This document shows positions 49,654 through 59,542 of a DNA stretch of 64,000 nt, one piece after another. Positions within the stretch are counted from its first letter, which is position 1, and every line of letters starts with the position of its first letter. A model generated the notes under the pieces. The model was given only the letters and a program-made list of their open reading frames with translations. It ran no database searches and was not told the origin of the DNA. This DNA is from Chitinophaga pinensis (lineage in GTDB: Bacteria; Bacteroidota; Bacteroidia; UBA7662): NCBI GenBank assembly GCA_945874665.1, contig CAMCHJ010000002.1, positions 37,937 through 101,936 on the forward strand, given 5' to 3'. Position numbers and translations under genes: made by a program.

Positions 49654-51219
49654 TTAATAATTAAAATTCTGCTGCAAATTCGGATTGGCTACAAGATCAG
49701 TAGCTGGCAAAGGATATAGATTCAAATATTCCCCAACTGCAACACCAGAAGAGTCACCGCCTTTCCACGGCCAGTTATAGGCTCCGCCTGTGAATTGACC
49801 AAAACGAATTAAATCTGTTCTGCGATGCCCTTCCCAATAAAGTTCTCGTGCTCTTTCATCCAAAATTTCCTGAAGCGTTAAGTTAGGCAGTGGTGCAATA
49901 TTGCCTCTATTGCGCAGTGCATTCACATATTGTAAGGCCAACCCAGGATCACCACCTCCTCCTCTCGTAACTGCCTCGGCATAGGTCAAATAAATATCTG
50001 CTAAACGAAACATAGGAAAGTCTATATCTACAAAATTACGGGTAGGATCATTACCAATACTTCCATCGCGCCGCACATTTCGCCATTTAGTAATTCCATA
50101 TCCTTGAAATGGCTCGCCTGTAACAACGCTTATATCAAGTGTATGCCCGTTGGTCCAGAAAAAATTCCTGGTGTCACTAGTGTCTTGAAACTTCTCGTAG
50201 AGCGCACGTGTTGTCCGCAAACCGTTCCATCCACCATTGGTGCCGAATCTGGATTGAAACGGCGCCATCGAATCGGTTATGGATGCATGCACTAAGAAGG
50301 TGGTGCCACCATAGGTGCGCGTTTGCATGCCATCAAAAGTAACCGGGAAAATGATTTCATTGGATTGATGATTATCCGCTAAAAACAACCAACGATATTC
50401 TGCATCCAATGCATAACCTGCTGAAATAACACGACTTGAATATTCCACACACTCGGAGTACTTATTAACTTGGGCGTAAACCTCAGCATTCAAATACAAC
50501 TTGGCCAACAGTGACCATACGGTGGCTTTATCTGCACGAGCATATTGAAAACGTGAAGCTTGCATCGCAGGCTCAATCGCCAACAACTCAGATTCAATGT
50601 ATTCGAATAAATCCTTGCGGTTAATTTGCTTTGGTAAAGCTGCTCCAGGTGCATCGGCTTCAGTTACAAATGGAACATTTCCGAATAAATCCATGGCATG
50701 ATAATAGCTCAAAGCACGAATAAAGCGGGCCTCTAAAGCATATTGCCGAATCATTTTTTTATTCTCTTCAGTGAATCCTTTTTCAGTCATCCAGTCCTCT
50801 GTACAATACCTTAAGAATTCATTACACAAGGGAATCTGATAAAAAATACGATTGTACATGGCCACAACAAAGGGACTAACAGAGTTCCATGTCATAAAAT
50901 TTAGTTCGGGAATGCCGGGATCATCCCAACCACAAACTGCCTCATCAGTTGGCAGCTCTTGTAAATTCCACAAAACACGAACGTAGGCCGAAAACCCTTC
51001 GTCAATCCCGCTGATATCTGGATTTCCAGCAGGGCCATTGTTACCCGTAATCGATAAGCCTGCATAGAGCTTGCTCAAAACATTGATGTAATTGTTAGGA
51101 TCGGAATAAACCGTATTGGCATTTAATCCATACTTGGGTGCTGTATTCAAGTCATTGATACAGGCTGTTAGCATTATTGATCCCATTAAAAGGGCCAAGA
51201 TGTAATTTAACTTTTTCAT
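49654..51219 (-). CDS. susD: SusD/RagB-family nutrient-binding outer-membrane lipoprotein.
   Basis: Has a lipobox (MLTAC), a TPR-like SusD fold of typical length, and lies immediately downstream of susC with a 10-nt gap. Confidence 0.88.
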   Translation of the reverse strand: MKKLNYILALLMGSIMLTACINDLNTAPKYGLNANTVYSDPNNYINVLSKLYAGLSITGNNGPAGNPDISGIDEGFSAYVRVLWNLQELPTDEAVCGWDDPGIPELNFMTWNSVSPFVVAMYNRIFYQIPLCNEFLRYCTEDWMTEKGFTEENKKMIRQYALEARFIRALSYYHAMDLFGNVPFVTEADAPGAALPKQINRKDLFEYIESELLAIEPAMQASRFQYARADKATVWSLLAKLYLNAEVYAQVNKYSECVEYSSRVISAGYALDAEYRWLFLADNHQSNEIIFPVTFDGMQTRTYGGTTFLVHASITDSMAPFQSRFGTNGGWNGLRTTRALYEKFQDTSDTRNFFWTNGHTLDISVVTGEPFQGYGITKWRNVRRDGSIGNDPTRNFVDIDFPMFRLADIYLTYAEAVTRGGGGDPGLALQYVNALRNRGNIAPLPNLTLQEILDERARELYWEGHRRTDLIRFGQFTGGAYNWPWKGGDSSGVAVGEYLNLYPLPATDLVANPNLQQNFNY

Positions 51220-51229
51220 TGCTCAGCTA

Positions 51230-54217
51230 TTAAAAAGTAAGATTGATATTCATTGTGTAAACACGTGGACGCGGGTAAATGTTGTTATCTATGCCACCAA
51301 ATACCTCGGGGTCAATGCCTGAGTACTTCGTCCATACGAACACATTTTGAATCATGGCTGAAACACGAACCTTAACCAAGTCCTTGCCCAAACTACCTAC
51401 ATTGTATCCTATCGTTAAGTTATCCAAGCGCAGGAAGTCGGCTTTTTCCATGTAGTAGTCAGAGAGCACTTGTAATGTTGCAAATTCACTATTCAGGTAG
51501 TCGCTGTGAAGATTATTAATGTATCCGAGACCACTGATATTGCGGAATTGCCCTAAAGTAGACCTCACATTGTTATAAATGTATTGTCCTGTTTCAGCAC
51601 GCAGTGAAAAACCTGCATTCCAACGCTTGTATCGCGCATTACCAAAGAAACCAAAAAACGTTACCGGATCAGAGTTGCCATTGAAATGAACCAAGTCTTT
51701 TTCGTTAATGATGCCATCACCATTTTTATCTACATAAGAACCTTCTGTAGGTTTACCATCCTCCCCATAAATTTGTTGGCGAACATAAAATGAATTGCGT
51801 GCGTAACCAACCGAATGTATCTGGATGGTGTTTCCAATGCCGCCAGCAATACCTCCAACTAAAATACCAGGATTTTGTGGGTCATCGATAACCGATAATT
51901 TGGTTATGCGATTGATATTGTAAGTCATGTTGGCACCAAACTCAACAGAAAGGTTTTTTCTATCAACGGCAACATAATTTAAACTAACCTCCGCACCGCG
52001 GTTGGTCATGCTGCCAACGTTGGTTAAAATTTGATTGGTAAAATTCGTGCCGGCAGCTACTGGAATAACTGCTAAAAGGTCTTGTGTAAGTTTGTAGTAC
52101 ACATCTACGCCACCATAAAGGCGGTTGTTAAAGAATCCATAATCAATACCTACGTTGTAACTCTGCGTTGTTTCCCACTTCAAATTGGCATCATAACCAT
52201 CAGGGCGCAATACAGAATAAAACTGGTTACCGAATTGGTATTGTGCCGTTGGTGTACCTTGAAAATAATTAGGGATATAGGCATAATCTGCAATGCCATC
52301 TTGCTGTCCTGTTAAGCCCCAGCTTACACGCATCTTTAAGTTAGATAACTTCTTGAACTGTTTAAAGTAATCTTCATCCATCATACGCCAAGCTACCGCC
52401 ACGGAAGGGAAGTAACCCCAACGGCCATTTGGATTAAAGCGCGAAGAACCATCGGAGCGCAATGTGGCCGTTAACAGATATTTGTCTAAATACTTATAGA
52501 TAGCACGACCGTAAAACGAGATAATTGCGTTGTCGGTATAAAAAGGGAATGGCGCCGCTTTGGTAATGGTATCCCCTAACAAGTTCATATCTGGATAAAC
52601 CGGACTTTCAGTTTGCCAATATTGATAGCTATATCCCCCCGTAACATCAAGGCTATGAAGTGCCCAAGTTTTGGTATAGTTGAGGTAAGCATCCATCAAT
52701 CGGCTTGATTTAGATTGCTGATACTGGTTATTTACACCTCTTCTAATGTACGCTCCTGAAAAGGTTGAATCGACAAAGTTAGTGCCACTTGCTTGGGTAA
52801 AATCACCTCCCAAATTCAAAACCGCCCTTAAACCGGGTACCTGCGTAATGTTGTAATCAAGCGAAACATTTCCTATAAAACGATTTACATCGCTCACGTC
52901 ACGTTGCTGCTCCAACATCGAAACAGGGTTGCGCGGAGCTAGCAACACAGGGTTGCCATTATTCGCTAGTGTCCATTCGAAAAACCCACCATACCTATCA
53001 AATCGAGCCGAGTCGCTGCGTACTGGGCGAGTGGGATCAAAGGTCACCGCACTGCCAATGGCTCCTTGATTTGCAAATCGATTTTGTACGTTGTTGTATC
53101 TTGCCGTTGCATCCACCTTCAATTTCCCCTTGAGCAAAGTTGGATTTAAGTTTAAGGTGGCACCCGTTCTCTCTAATTGGCCTGTTCTTAACATGCCTTC
53201 CTCGGTATAACGTTCTAAATTGAGGCGATATGGGAGTTTTTTAATACCGCCAGAAAAGGCAATATTAAAATTATTCACCAAACCTGGTTGGTAAATCTCG
53301 TTCTGCCAATTCGTCTCTTCATTGTTTTGTGCAATGATGCTCTTCATACCAGTAGTTCCTTTTTCTTCAATCAAAGCTCTCAATTGAGCTGGACTTAACA
53401 TGTCTACCGTACGGGTAATCTGCTTTACAGATACTGCATTAGACACCTCTACACGAAGTTTATCTGATGACTTTCCTTTCTTAGTTGTGATGATAATTAC
53501 GCCATTAGCACCCCTTGACCCATAGATGGCCGCAGCAGAAGCGTCTTTTAAAACCGTGAAAGTTTCAATATCGTCAGGATTAATTAACGAAAGTGGATTG
53601 TTGATACCTGCTATGCCTCGTCCTTCCAAAGGCATACCATCAATAACTATCAAAGGGTCGTTAGACGCATTTAAGGAAGTTCCTCCACGTATGCGAATCG
53701 TACTTCCTGCTCCAGGGGCACCACCATTGGTTGTAATCCTTAGGCCTGGGGACTTACCCATGATCATTTGCTCTGGTGTTGCAAAATTACCTTGTTGGAA
53801 GGTTTTGGCCTGGATAGCAACCACTGAGCCCGTTAAATCACGAGCCTGGGTGCTGCCATAACCGATGACCACCATTTCTTGGAGCATTTTCACATCCTCC
53901 TCTAAAACAATCGCTACCACTACGCTTTTACCAGCTTCGACTGTTACCGATGTAACAGCAGTTTGATACCCTAAGTAAGACGCCTGCACTTGTACAGCAC
54001 CAGACTTTACACCTTCAATGCGGAATTTGCCGTTCACATCCGACGCACCGCCATTGGTAGTACCCTTAACAATTACCGCAGCGCCAACAATGGCCTGCCG
54101 CTTTGCATCTAGCACTGTTCCGGAGATCGTGCCCGTTTGCTGCGCCATCGCAGGCAGCCAAAAGACCCAACCAGACAAACACAACAGTGCGATTTTTACC
54201 AAATAGTTTTGTTTCAT
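51230..54217 (-). CDS. susC: SusC/RagA-family TonB-dependent outer-membrane transporter.
   Basis: 995 aa with a signal peptide, an N-terminal carboxypeptidase-regulatory-like domain, a TonB box and plug region, and a C-terminal barrel ending MNINLTF. Confidence 0.92.
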   Translation of the reverse strand: MKQNYLVKIALLCLSGWVFWLPAMAQQTGTISGTVLDAKRQAIVGAAVIVKGTTNGGASDVNGKFRIEGVKSGAVQVQASYLGYQTAVTSVTVEAGKSVVVAIVLEEDVKMLQEMVVIGYGSTQARDLTGSVVAIQAKTFQQGNFATPEQMIMGKSPGLRITTNGGAPGAGSTIRIRGGTSLNASNDPLIVIDGMPLEGRGIAGINNPLSLINPDDIETFTVLKDASAAAIYGSRGANGVIIITTKKGKSSDKLRVEVSNAVSVKQITRTVDMLSPAQLRALIEEKGTTGMKSIIAQNNEETNWQNEIYQPGLVNNFNIAFSGGIKKLPYRLNLERYTEEGMLRTGQLERTGATLNLNPTLLKGKLKVDATARYNNVQNRFANQGAIGSAVTFDPTRPVRSDSARFDRYGGFFEWTLANNGNPVLLAPRNPVSMLEQQRDVSDVNRFIGNVSLDYNITQVPGLRAVLNLGGDFTQASGTNFVDSTFSGAYIRRGVNNQYQQSKSSRLMDAYLNYTKTWALHSLDVTGGYSYQYWQTESPVYPDMNLLGDTITKAAPFPFYTDNAIISFYGRAIYKYLDKYLLTATLRSDGSSRFNPNGRWGYFPSVAVAWRMMDEDYFKQFKKLSNLKMRVSWGLTGQQDGIADYAYIPNYFQGTPTAQYQFGNQFYSVLRPDGYDANLKWETTQSYNVGIDYGFFNNRLYGGVDVYYKLTQDLLAVIPVAAGTNFTNQILTNVGSMTNRGAEVSLNYVAVDRKNLSVEFGANMTYNINRITKLSVIDDPQNPGILVGGIAGGIGNTIQIHSVGYARNSFYVRQQIYGEDGKPTEGSYVDKNGDGIINEKDLVHFNGNSDPVTFFGFFGNARYKRWNAGFSLRAETGQYIYNNVRSTLGQFRNISGLGYINNLHSDYLNSEFATLQVLSDYYMEKADFLRLDNLTIGYNVGSLGKDLVKVRVSAMIQNVFVWTKYSGIDPEVFGGIDNNIYPRPRVYTMNINLTF

Positions 54218-54388
54218 ACAACGAAATTAGTTTTAGAAGGGTTTGCATGCAAGGTCATCTCCTGACCTTTTTATCCCGCATTTCAAATCAAGCAAATCGT
54301 TTTGAATTAAAAAAATTTATTTCGAATTAATTGGCATATTTTTTTCGAAATATACAATGAACTTTGTCGTCGTAAATCTTCCAATACC

Positions 54389-54985
54389 ATGACACTATTC
54401 GACAACCTATCCCCGGAGCTAATAAGCTGGGTAATTATCCCGCTATTGATCTTTTTTGCTAGGGTAGCCGATGTAACGATTGGCACGATACGTATTGTTT
54501 TTGTGGCGCGGGGACAAAAGAACATCGCCCCCTTCTTAGGCTTTGTTGAGGTGTTGATTTGGATTGTGGCCATGTCGCAAATCATGAAGTATGCTAACAA
54601 TTGGCCGAGCTTCTTAGCTTGGGCAGGCGGCTTTGCAGTTGGCAACTACATTGGTCTATGGATCGAAGAAAGGTTGGCCATTGGCAGTTTGGTGATTCGT
54701 ATCATCACCGCCAAACCTGCCAATGAGCTCGTAGAGCATCTGAGAACTGCTGGTTACGGGGTTACCTCGCTTGATGCACAAGGAAGCGTAGGCGACGTAG
54801 CGCTCATATTTACACTGGTAAAACGCAGAGATGTAAAGGCGGTGATTGCTATTGTTAAAAACTACAACCCGAAGGCTTTTTACACGATTGAAGATGTGAG
54901 ATTTACCTCAGACATGGTTTTTGGGCCGACTAAAAATACAAAAGGGGGTTTGTTCGGTAATTTGTCGACCCGGCTGGCGAAATAA
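54389..54985 (+). CDS. UPF0316/DUF2179-family membrane protein.
   Basis: 198 aa with three N-terminal TM helices and a soluble C-terminal DUF2179-like domain. Confidence 0.55.
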   Translation: MTLFDNLSPELISWVIIPLLIFFARVADVTIGTIRIVFVARGQKNIAPFLGFVEVLIWIVAMSQIMKYANNWPSFLAWAGGFAVGNYIGLWIEERLAIGSLVIRIITAKPANELVEHLRTAGYGVTSLDAQGSVGDVALIFTLVKRRDVKAVIAIVKNYNPKAFYTIEDVRFTSDMVFGPTKNTKGGLFGNLSTRLAK

Positions 54986-55027
54986 ATTGCTTTAAACAAC
55001 AAACCCCGATATCTAAGATACCGGGGC

Positions 55028-55103
55028 TGGTGGTGATGGACGGAATCGAACCGCCGACACAAGGATTTTCAGTCCTTTGCTCTACCGACTGAGCTACATC
55101 ACC
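55028..55103 (-). tRNA. tRNA-Phe (anticodon GAA) with encoded CCA.
   Basis: The reverse complement folds as acceptor GGTGATG/CATCACC, D-arm GCTC/GAGC, anticodon stem AAGGA/TCCTT with loop CTGAAAA (anticodon GAA), and T-arm GGCGG-TTCGATT-CCGTC. Confidence 0.9.
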
Positions 55104-55260
55104 CTGAACGGACTGCAAAGGTAATAGATCAAAGGCTGTTTCTCCAATAGTAGAGGTAAAATAAATCTCAATATTTATCACGAACAGCCTGCTTTGGTGC
55201 GGTTTTAAAAGCCAAACGCCTCAAAATCAAATTGCCAAGCACACATCATTTTAAAAAAAC

Positions 55261-56172
55261 TTAAGGCTTTAACGCCTTTTTTCGCAAAACGATTTGCTTT
55301 CGCACCCATTTATTGAGCCTGTAAACGCCCATGCCAAACAAAACTGCGGTTCCAAAGGTAAAACTGCCATAAACCACGGCTACCATGGCCATTGCACTTG
55401 ACTGCAGCAAAACTTGCGATACAAATATGGCCAAGGAGCTGTTTTGTAAACCCACTTCGATGGCGATGGTCATGCGGCTGGTAGGCCCCAGGCCTGCTAC
55501 CAAAGCCAACAAAAAGCCGCCAATCATGCCCACCAAATTCAGCGCAATGTTGGGCCATAGGAGCGATACAAAATCAGCATAACTCGCCTCTGCGCCACCT
55601 CTTTCAAACAAAATAATCCCCAAAAACGCCATCAGCAACAAGGTTGGCATGATCACCCGCAAGGGTTTTTCGAGCATTTTGGCCCACAACGGCTTGCGAT
55701 ATCGTATGAACACCCCAACCAAGGCGGGCAAAATAGTCATCAAGCCAATTTCCACAATCGTTTTGCCAAAGGGAAGGATAATACGCGCAGATTGATCGAG
55801 GTAGCGCTCCAGCGCCAAATTGGTGATAAATGGGATGCTAAACACCGTAAGCATGCTGTTTACAGAGGTCAACGAAACCGAAAGTGCCACATTGCCGCGA
55901 AGCAAGTGGGTGATGAGGCCGGCAGAGGCGCCACCGGGACAAGCCGCTATGACCACCAGTCCCACTTTAAACTCCGGCGACAGGGCCATGTTGTCGGCAA
56001 TCCAAAAGGCCAACAGCGGCAGCAGCAGCATTTGAGCCACCAAGCCCAGCAAAATGGCCCTCGGGTACACAATGATGTTGCGGAAGCTTTGCAGGGTGAG
56101 CGACAAGCCCACACCGATCATGATGACCACCAACGTGATAGGTAAAAAGAAGCTAGAAAAAAAGTGCTCCAT
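55261..56172 (-). CDS. Bile acid:sodium symporter (BASS/BART superfamily) transporter.
   Basis: 303 aa with about nine TM segments and family-typical motifs (GLSLTLQ, ACPGGASAG). Its start overlaps the scpA stop by 1 nt. Confidence 0.7.
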   Translation of the reverse strand: MEHFFSSFFLPITLVVIMIGVGLSLTLQSFRNIIVYPRAILLGLVAQMLLLPLLAFWIADNMALSPEFKVGLVVIAACPGGASAGLITHLLRGNVALSVSLTSVNSMLTVFSIPFITNLALERYLDQSARIILPFGKTIVEIGLMTILPALVGVFIRYRKPLWAKMLEKPLRVIMPTLLLMAFLGIILFERGGAEASYADFVSLLWPNIALNLVGMIGGFLLALVAGLGPTSRMTIAIEVGLQNSSLAIFVSQVLLQSSAMAMVAVVYGSFTFGTAVLFGMGVYRLNKWVRKQIVLRKKALKP

Positions 56173-56915
56173 CAGGCCACCTCTTTTTTATCAATGAGCA
56201 AAAAACTATTGTAGCCCGCTCCTATTTTGATATCGAGCAATTGCAGCTGCAACAATTCGAGGATGGCCAAGAAGGTGAAAATGGCTTGCATGCGGTCTTT
56301 GAAATCAGCAAAAAGCTGTTCAAAGGCCATTTTGCCTTTCTCTTTTACAGCACTTACTACAAAGGCCTTTTGCTCGTCGATGGTATAAGGAAAACGTACC
56401 ACCACATGGTGCGGGGCACTTTCGCGCTCCTCGAAACGCTGGAGAACCTTGCTGAAGTTTTTGAGCAGCTGGTACAAATCGAGTTGCTCGAGCTCTTGCT
56501 CTACTCCCAAGCTGGCTTGGATAGCGGCAAGTTCTTCCTGTACATTGCCACGGCGTACCCTCCCGAGCTGCTGTTCTTCGAGCTCGGCCATGTTGCCGAG
56601 CACTGCCTTGTAGCGTTTATATTCGAGCAGGCGGTTTACCAAATCAGCACGGGGGTCGATTATGTTACCAGCCTCATCGAGCTCATTACGCGGCAACAGC
56701 ATTTTGGCCTTGATGCGCATGAGCGTGGCTGCCACAAGTATAAATTCGCTGGCTACTTCCATGTTGAGCTCGCTCATGTCCTGGATGTAGGCTAAAAAAT
56801 CGCGGGTGATGTCGCTGATTGGAATGTCATAGATGTCCAGCTCGTCCCGCTCTATAAAAAAGAGCAGCAAGTCGAAAGGACCCTCAAATTGTTGTAATTT
56901 GATTTCGAATGACAT
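56172..56915 (-). CDS. scpA: Segregation and condensation protein A.
   Basis: 247 aa starting FEGPFDLLLFFIERDELDIYDIPISDIT, the characteristic ScpA N-terminus. Confidence 0.82.
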   Translation of the reverse strand: MSFEIKLQQFEGPFDLLLFFIERDELDIYDIPISDITRDFLAYIQDMSELNMEVASEFILVAATLMRIKAKMLLPRNELDEAGNIIDPRADLVNRLLEYKRYKAVLGNMAELEEQQLGRVRRGNVQEELAAIQASLGVEQELEQLDLYQLLKNFSKVLQRFEERESAPHHVVVRFPYTIDEQKAFVVSAVKEKGKMAFEQLFADFKDRMQAIFTFLAILELLQLQLLDIKIGAGYNSFLLIDKKEVA

Positions 56916-56925
56916 CTTAAAAAAT

Positions 56926-58206
56926 TTAACTCCCTGCTCTCACCGCTATGAAGCTTGTTGGATCGAGGTACTTTTGAGCCAAAACATGCAATGCCTCAGG
57001 CGTAATGTTTTGTACCGTCGAAATATAGTGATCATAATAGCTGTAATCCAAACCAAAAAAGTGAACGTCTTTAAATCGGTCGGCCAGCGCAAAGGCGCCG
57101 TCGAAATTACTGAGGTAAACGCCTTGCAAATAGCTGCGTACAGCGTCTAATTCGTCCTGGCCCACTGGCTCAGCCCGTAACAAACTCACTTCCTTTATGA
57201 TTTCGGCCATGGCGGCTTCCGACACATCGGCGCCTACTTCGGTGGCAATGGTAAAAAAGGCACCGCGCTCGTACGACATTACCGCCGAACCAACGCCATA
57301 GGTATAGCCTTTGTCTTCGCGCAAATTCGACATCAACCGCGAGCCAAAATAGCCGCCCAAAAGCGTGTTAAGCACTTTGAGACCCACATAATCGGGGTCC
57401 GTTTTGCCAATCATGGGCTTGCCCAAGCGCAAAGCATGTTGCAAAGCCCCGGCTTTTGGTACTTCAATGCGGCCTGGTACGGTGGTTAGCACGGGGTGCT
57501 CGCGCAAGGACTTGTTGGATTCACAAGCTGAAAGTTGGCCCAATGCTTTGTTCAAACTCTCTAATGCCGCCTCTGGCCGCCAGCCAGCAATAACGATGGT
57601 TACATTATCGGTGGTATAATGCCTTTTGTGGAAGCGCGCCAATTGATCGGGCCGCACCGCCTTTAAGTCCTCCGCCAAAGTTTGGTACCCGTACGGGTGT
57701 TCTTCCCCAAAAACGGCCTTCATAAACTGCCGGCGCGCCATGCTTGATACTTTCTGGGCATCTACTTCCAATTGCTGGAGGTGATTGCGCACCGTGATTT
57801 CGAGCTCCGCCAGCGGAAATCCTGGCTGGAAAAGTAGCTCCAACACAGTAGGCAACACGGCGTCGAGGTGCTTGTGGAGGGTATAAAGACTCATCCCACA
57901 ACGGTCGGCCCCAGCTTCATACTGCAAATAAGCGCCATAGTAGTCGAGTTGCTCCGCAATTTCACGGCCTGAACGCATGCGGGTACCTTCTTGTAGCATG
58001 CGGTTGGTAAGCGAGGCTGCCAAACGCACTTCCTCGTCCCAACTGCCACTACCCACCACAAAATCGATGCGCAGCACTGCCTGTTCTCCCGCCTCCAAAG
58101 TGTAGGCAGGAATGTTGTGCTCCAATCGATGGGCACGCACTTGGGCTATTTCAAAGGCTTCGAATGCCGCTGCGGGTGGCGATTGCTGACGATTAAGCTT
58201 GGGCAT
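56926..58206 (-). CDS. M16-family peptidase-like protein, non-catalytic partner subunit.
   Basis: Has the M16 fold but no HxxEH motif. The start is taken at MPKLNR (58206), 10 nt after the upstream M16 gene's stop. The ORF-track start at 58302 would overlap that gene. Confidence 0.7.
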   Translation of the reverse strand: MPKLNRQQSPPAAAFEAFEIAQVRAHRLEHNIPAYTLEAGEQAVLRIDFVVGSGSWDEEVRLAASLTNRMLQEGTRMRSGREIAEQLDYYGAYLQYEAGADRCGMSLYTLHKHLDAVLPTVLELLFQPGFPLAELEITVRNHLQQLEVDAQKVSSMARRQFMKAVFGEEHPYGYQTLAEDLKAVRPDQLARFHKRHYTTDNVTIVIAGWRPEAALESLNKALGQLSACESNKSLREHPVLTTVPGRIEVPKAGALQHALRLGKPMIGKTDPDYVGLKVLNTLLGGYFGSRLMSNLREDKGYTYGVGSAVMSYERGAFFTIATEVGADVSEAAMAEIIKEVSLLRAEPVGQDELDAVRSYLQGVYLSNFDGAFALADRFKDVHFFGLDYSYYDHYISTVQNITPEALHVLAQKYLDPTSFIAVRAGS

Positions 58207-59431
58207 GGTATTCAAGGATAGAGGCTTTATGGGGTTGGAAAAGAAATTGTGCTTGTGCTTGCAAGTCTTTTGGGGTAAGCACACGATAATGCTCAAAATC
58301 ACTGTTAATGGCTTCGGTGTCGCCTTGCAAAGTGTAATAAGCCAAATTCATAGCTACATTGAGCCCTTGGGTTTCGCTGAAAACGAGACTGGCTTCAATT
58401 TGGTTGAGGTTTTTCTGCAGCTCCTCCTGCGGCACAAGTTCGTTTTGCAGGCGTTGGAGCTCGGTCCAGATGGCGGCTTCCGCATCTGCCATGGTCACAC
58501 CCCGCACGAGCTGTCCGCTCACCAAAAGCAAACCTGGGTCTTGCTCGCCTGTGATGTAAGCATTCACCTGACTAAATAGTCCTTGCTCCTTCACCAACCG
58601 CCTGTACAAACGCGATGATTTACCGCGCGATAACACATCGGTCAGCATATCGGTGGCGTGGTAGCCTGGTTTGCCTTTAGCAGGCATGTGAAAAGCGATG
58701 TAAAGCGCATCTACTGGCACGTCGGCCTGTACAATTTCGCGGCGCTGCACCAATTGTTCTGGCTCGACGGGTAATTTGCGGGCTGGACGGCCAGACGCGG
58801 GAATTTCACCGAACCACTTTTCGGTTAGGGCAAAAATATGGGCAGGTTCAAAAGGACCGCTTACACATAGCACCGCGTTGTCGGGTCGGTAATGCGTGTA
58901 AAAAAATGCCTTAACATCTTCCAAAGTTGCATTTTCGATGTGGCTCAGCTCTTTTCCGATGGTTGCCCAAAGGTAAGGGTGCTTGGTGTAGGCTAAAGGA
59001 CGAAGTTTCAGCCAAACATCGCCGTAGGGTTGGTTGAGATAACGTTGTTTAAACTCCTCAATCACCACGGCACGCTGCACTTCGAGACTGCGATCGCTAA
59101 AATCGAGCTGTAGCATCCGGTCGCTCTCGAGCCAAAAGGCCGTCTCGAGCTGGTTAGCTGGAAAAGTGAGGTAATAATTGGTGATGTCGTTATTGGTAAA
59201 AGCGTTGTTTTCGGCCCCAATACGCTGCGCCACGGCATCGTATTCGGCAATATTCACCGAGCCACCAAACATGAGGTGCTCAAACAAATGTGCAAAACCG
59301 GTTTTGTCGGCCTGCTCGTCGCGTGCCCCCACATCGTACATCAAATTAAAGGTGCCCAATTGCGTATCGTAATTTTGGTGCGCAACTACGCGTAAGCCGT
59401 TAGATAATGTATGTTTTTGGTATGTAATCAT
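58193..59431 (-). CDS. M16-family zinc metallopeptidase (pitrilysin/insulinase-like), catalytic subunit.
   Basis: Has the inverted zinc-binding motif HLFEHLMFGGS and is 412 aa. Confidence 0.88.
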   Translation of the reverse strand: MITYQKHTLSNGLRVVAHQNYDTQLGTFNLMYDVGARDEQADKTGFAHLFEHLMFGGSVNIAEYDAVAQRIGAENNAFTNNDITNYYLTFPANQLETAFWLESDRMLQLDFSDRSLEVQRAVVIEEFKQRYLNQPYGDVWLKLRPLAYTKHPYLWATIGKELSHIENATLEDVKAFFYTHYRPDNAVLCVSGPFEPAHIFALTEKWFGEIPASGRPARKLPVEPEQLVQRREIVQADVPVDALYIAFHMPAKGKPGYHATDMLTDVLSRGKSSRLYRRLVKEQGLFSQVNAYITGEQDPGLLLVSGQLVRGVTMADAEAAIWTELQRLQNELVPQEELQKNLNQIEASLVFSETQGLNVAMNLAYYTLQGDTEAINSDFEHYRVLTPKDLQAQAQFLFQPHKASILEYHAQA

Positions 59432-59542
59432 GCTTTAAATTCAGACTGTTCAAAGATAGGTTTTACAATGTCCTGTGCCTAACGAATTTCAGTTGAAGTA
59501 AAATGATATATTTGCTGGACTCAAGCCTAAATTTTAACCAAC

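Noticed and set aside
54307-54645. 112-aa ORF on the - strand over the susC promoter region and the DUF2179 5' end.
   Set aside because: Antisense to the DUF2179 gene start and spanning an AT-rich promoter region, with no domain. Spurious.
56926-58302. 458-aa version of the second M16 peptidase ORF.
   Set aside because: The long start would overlap the upstream M16 gene by about 110 nt. MPKLNR at 58206 sits just after that gene's stop and is more plausible.
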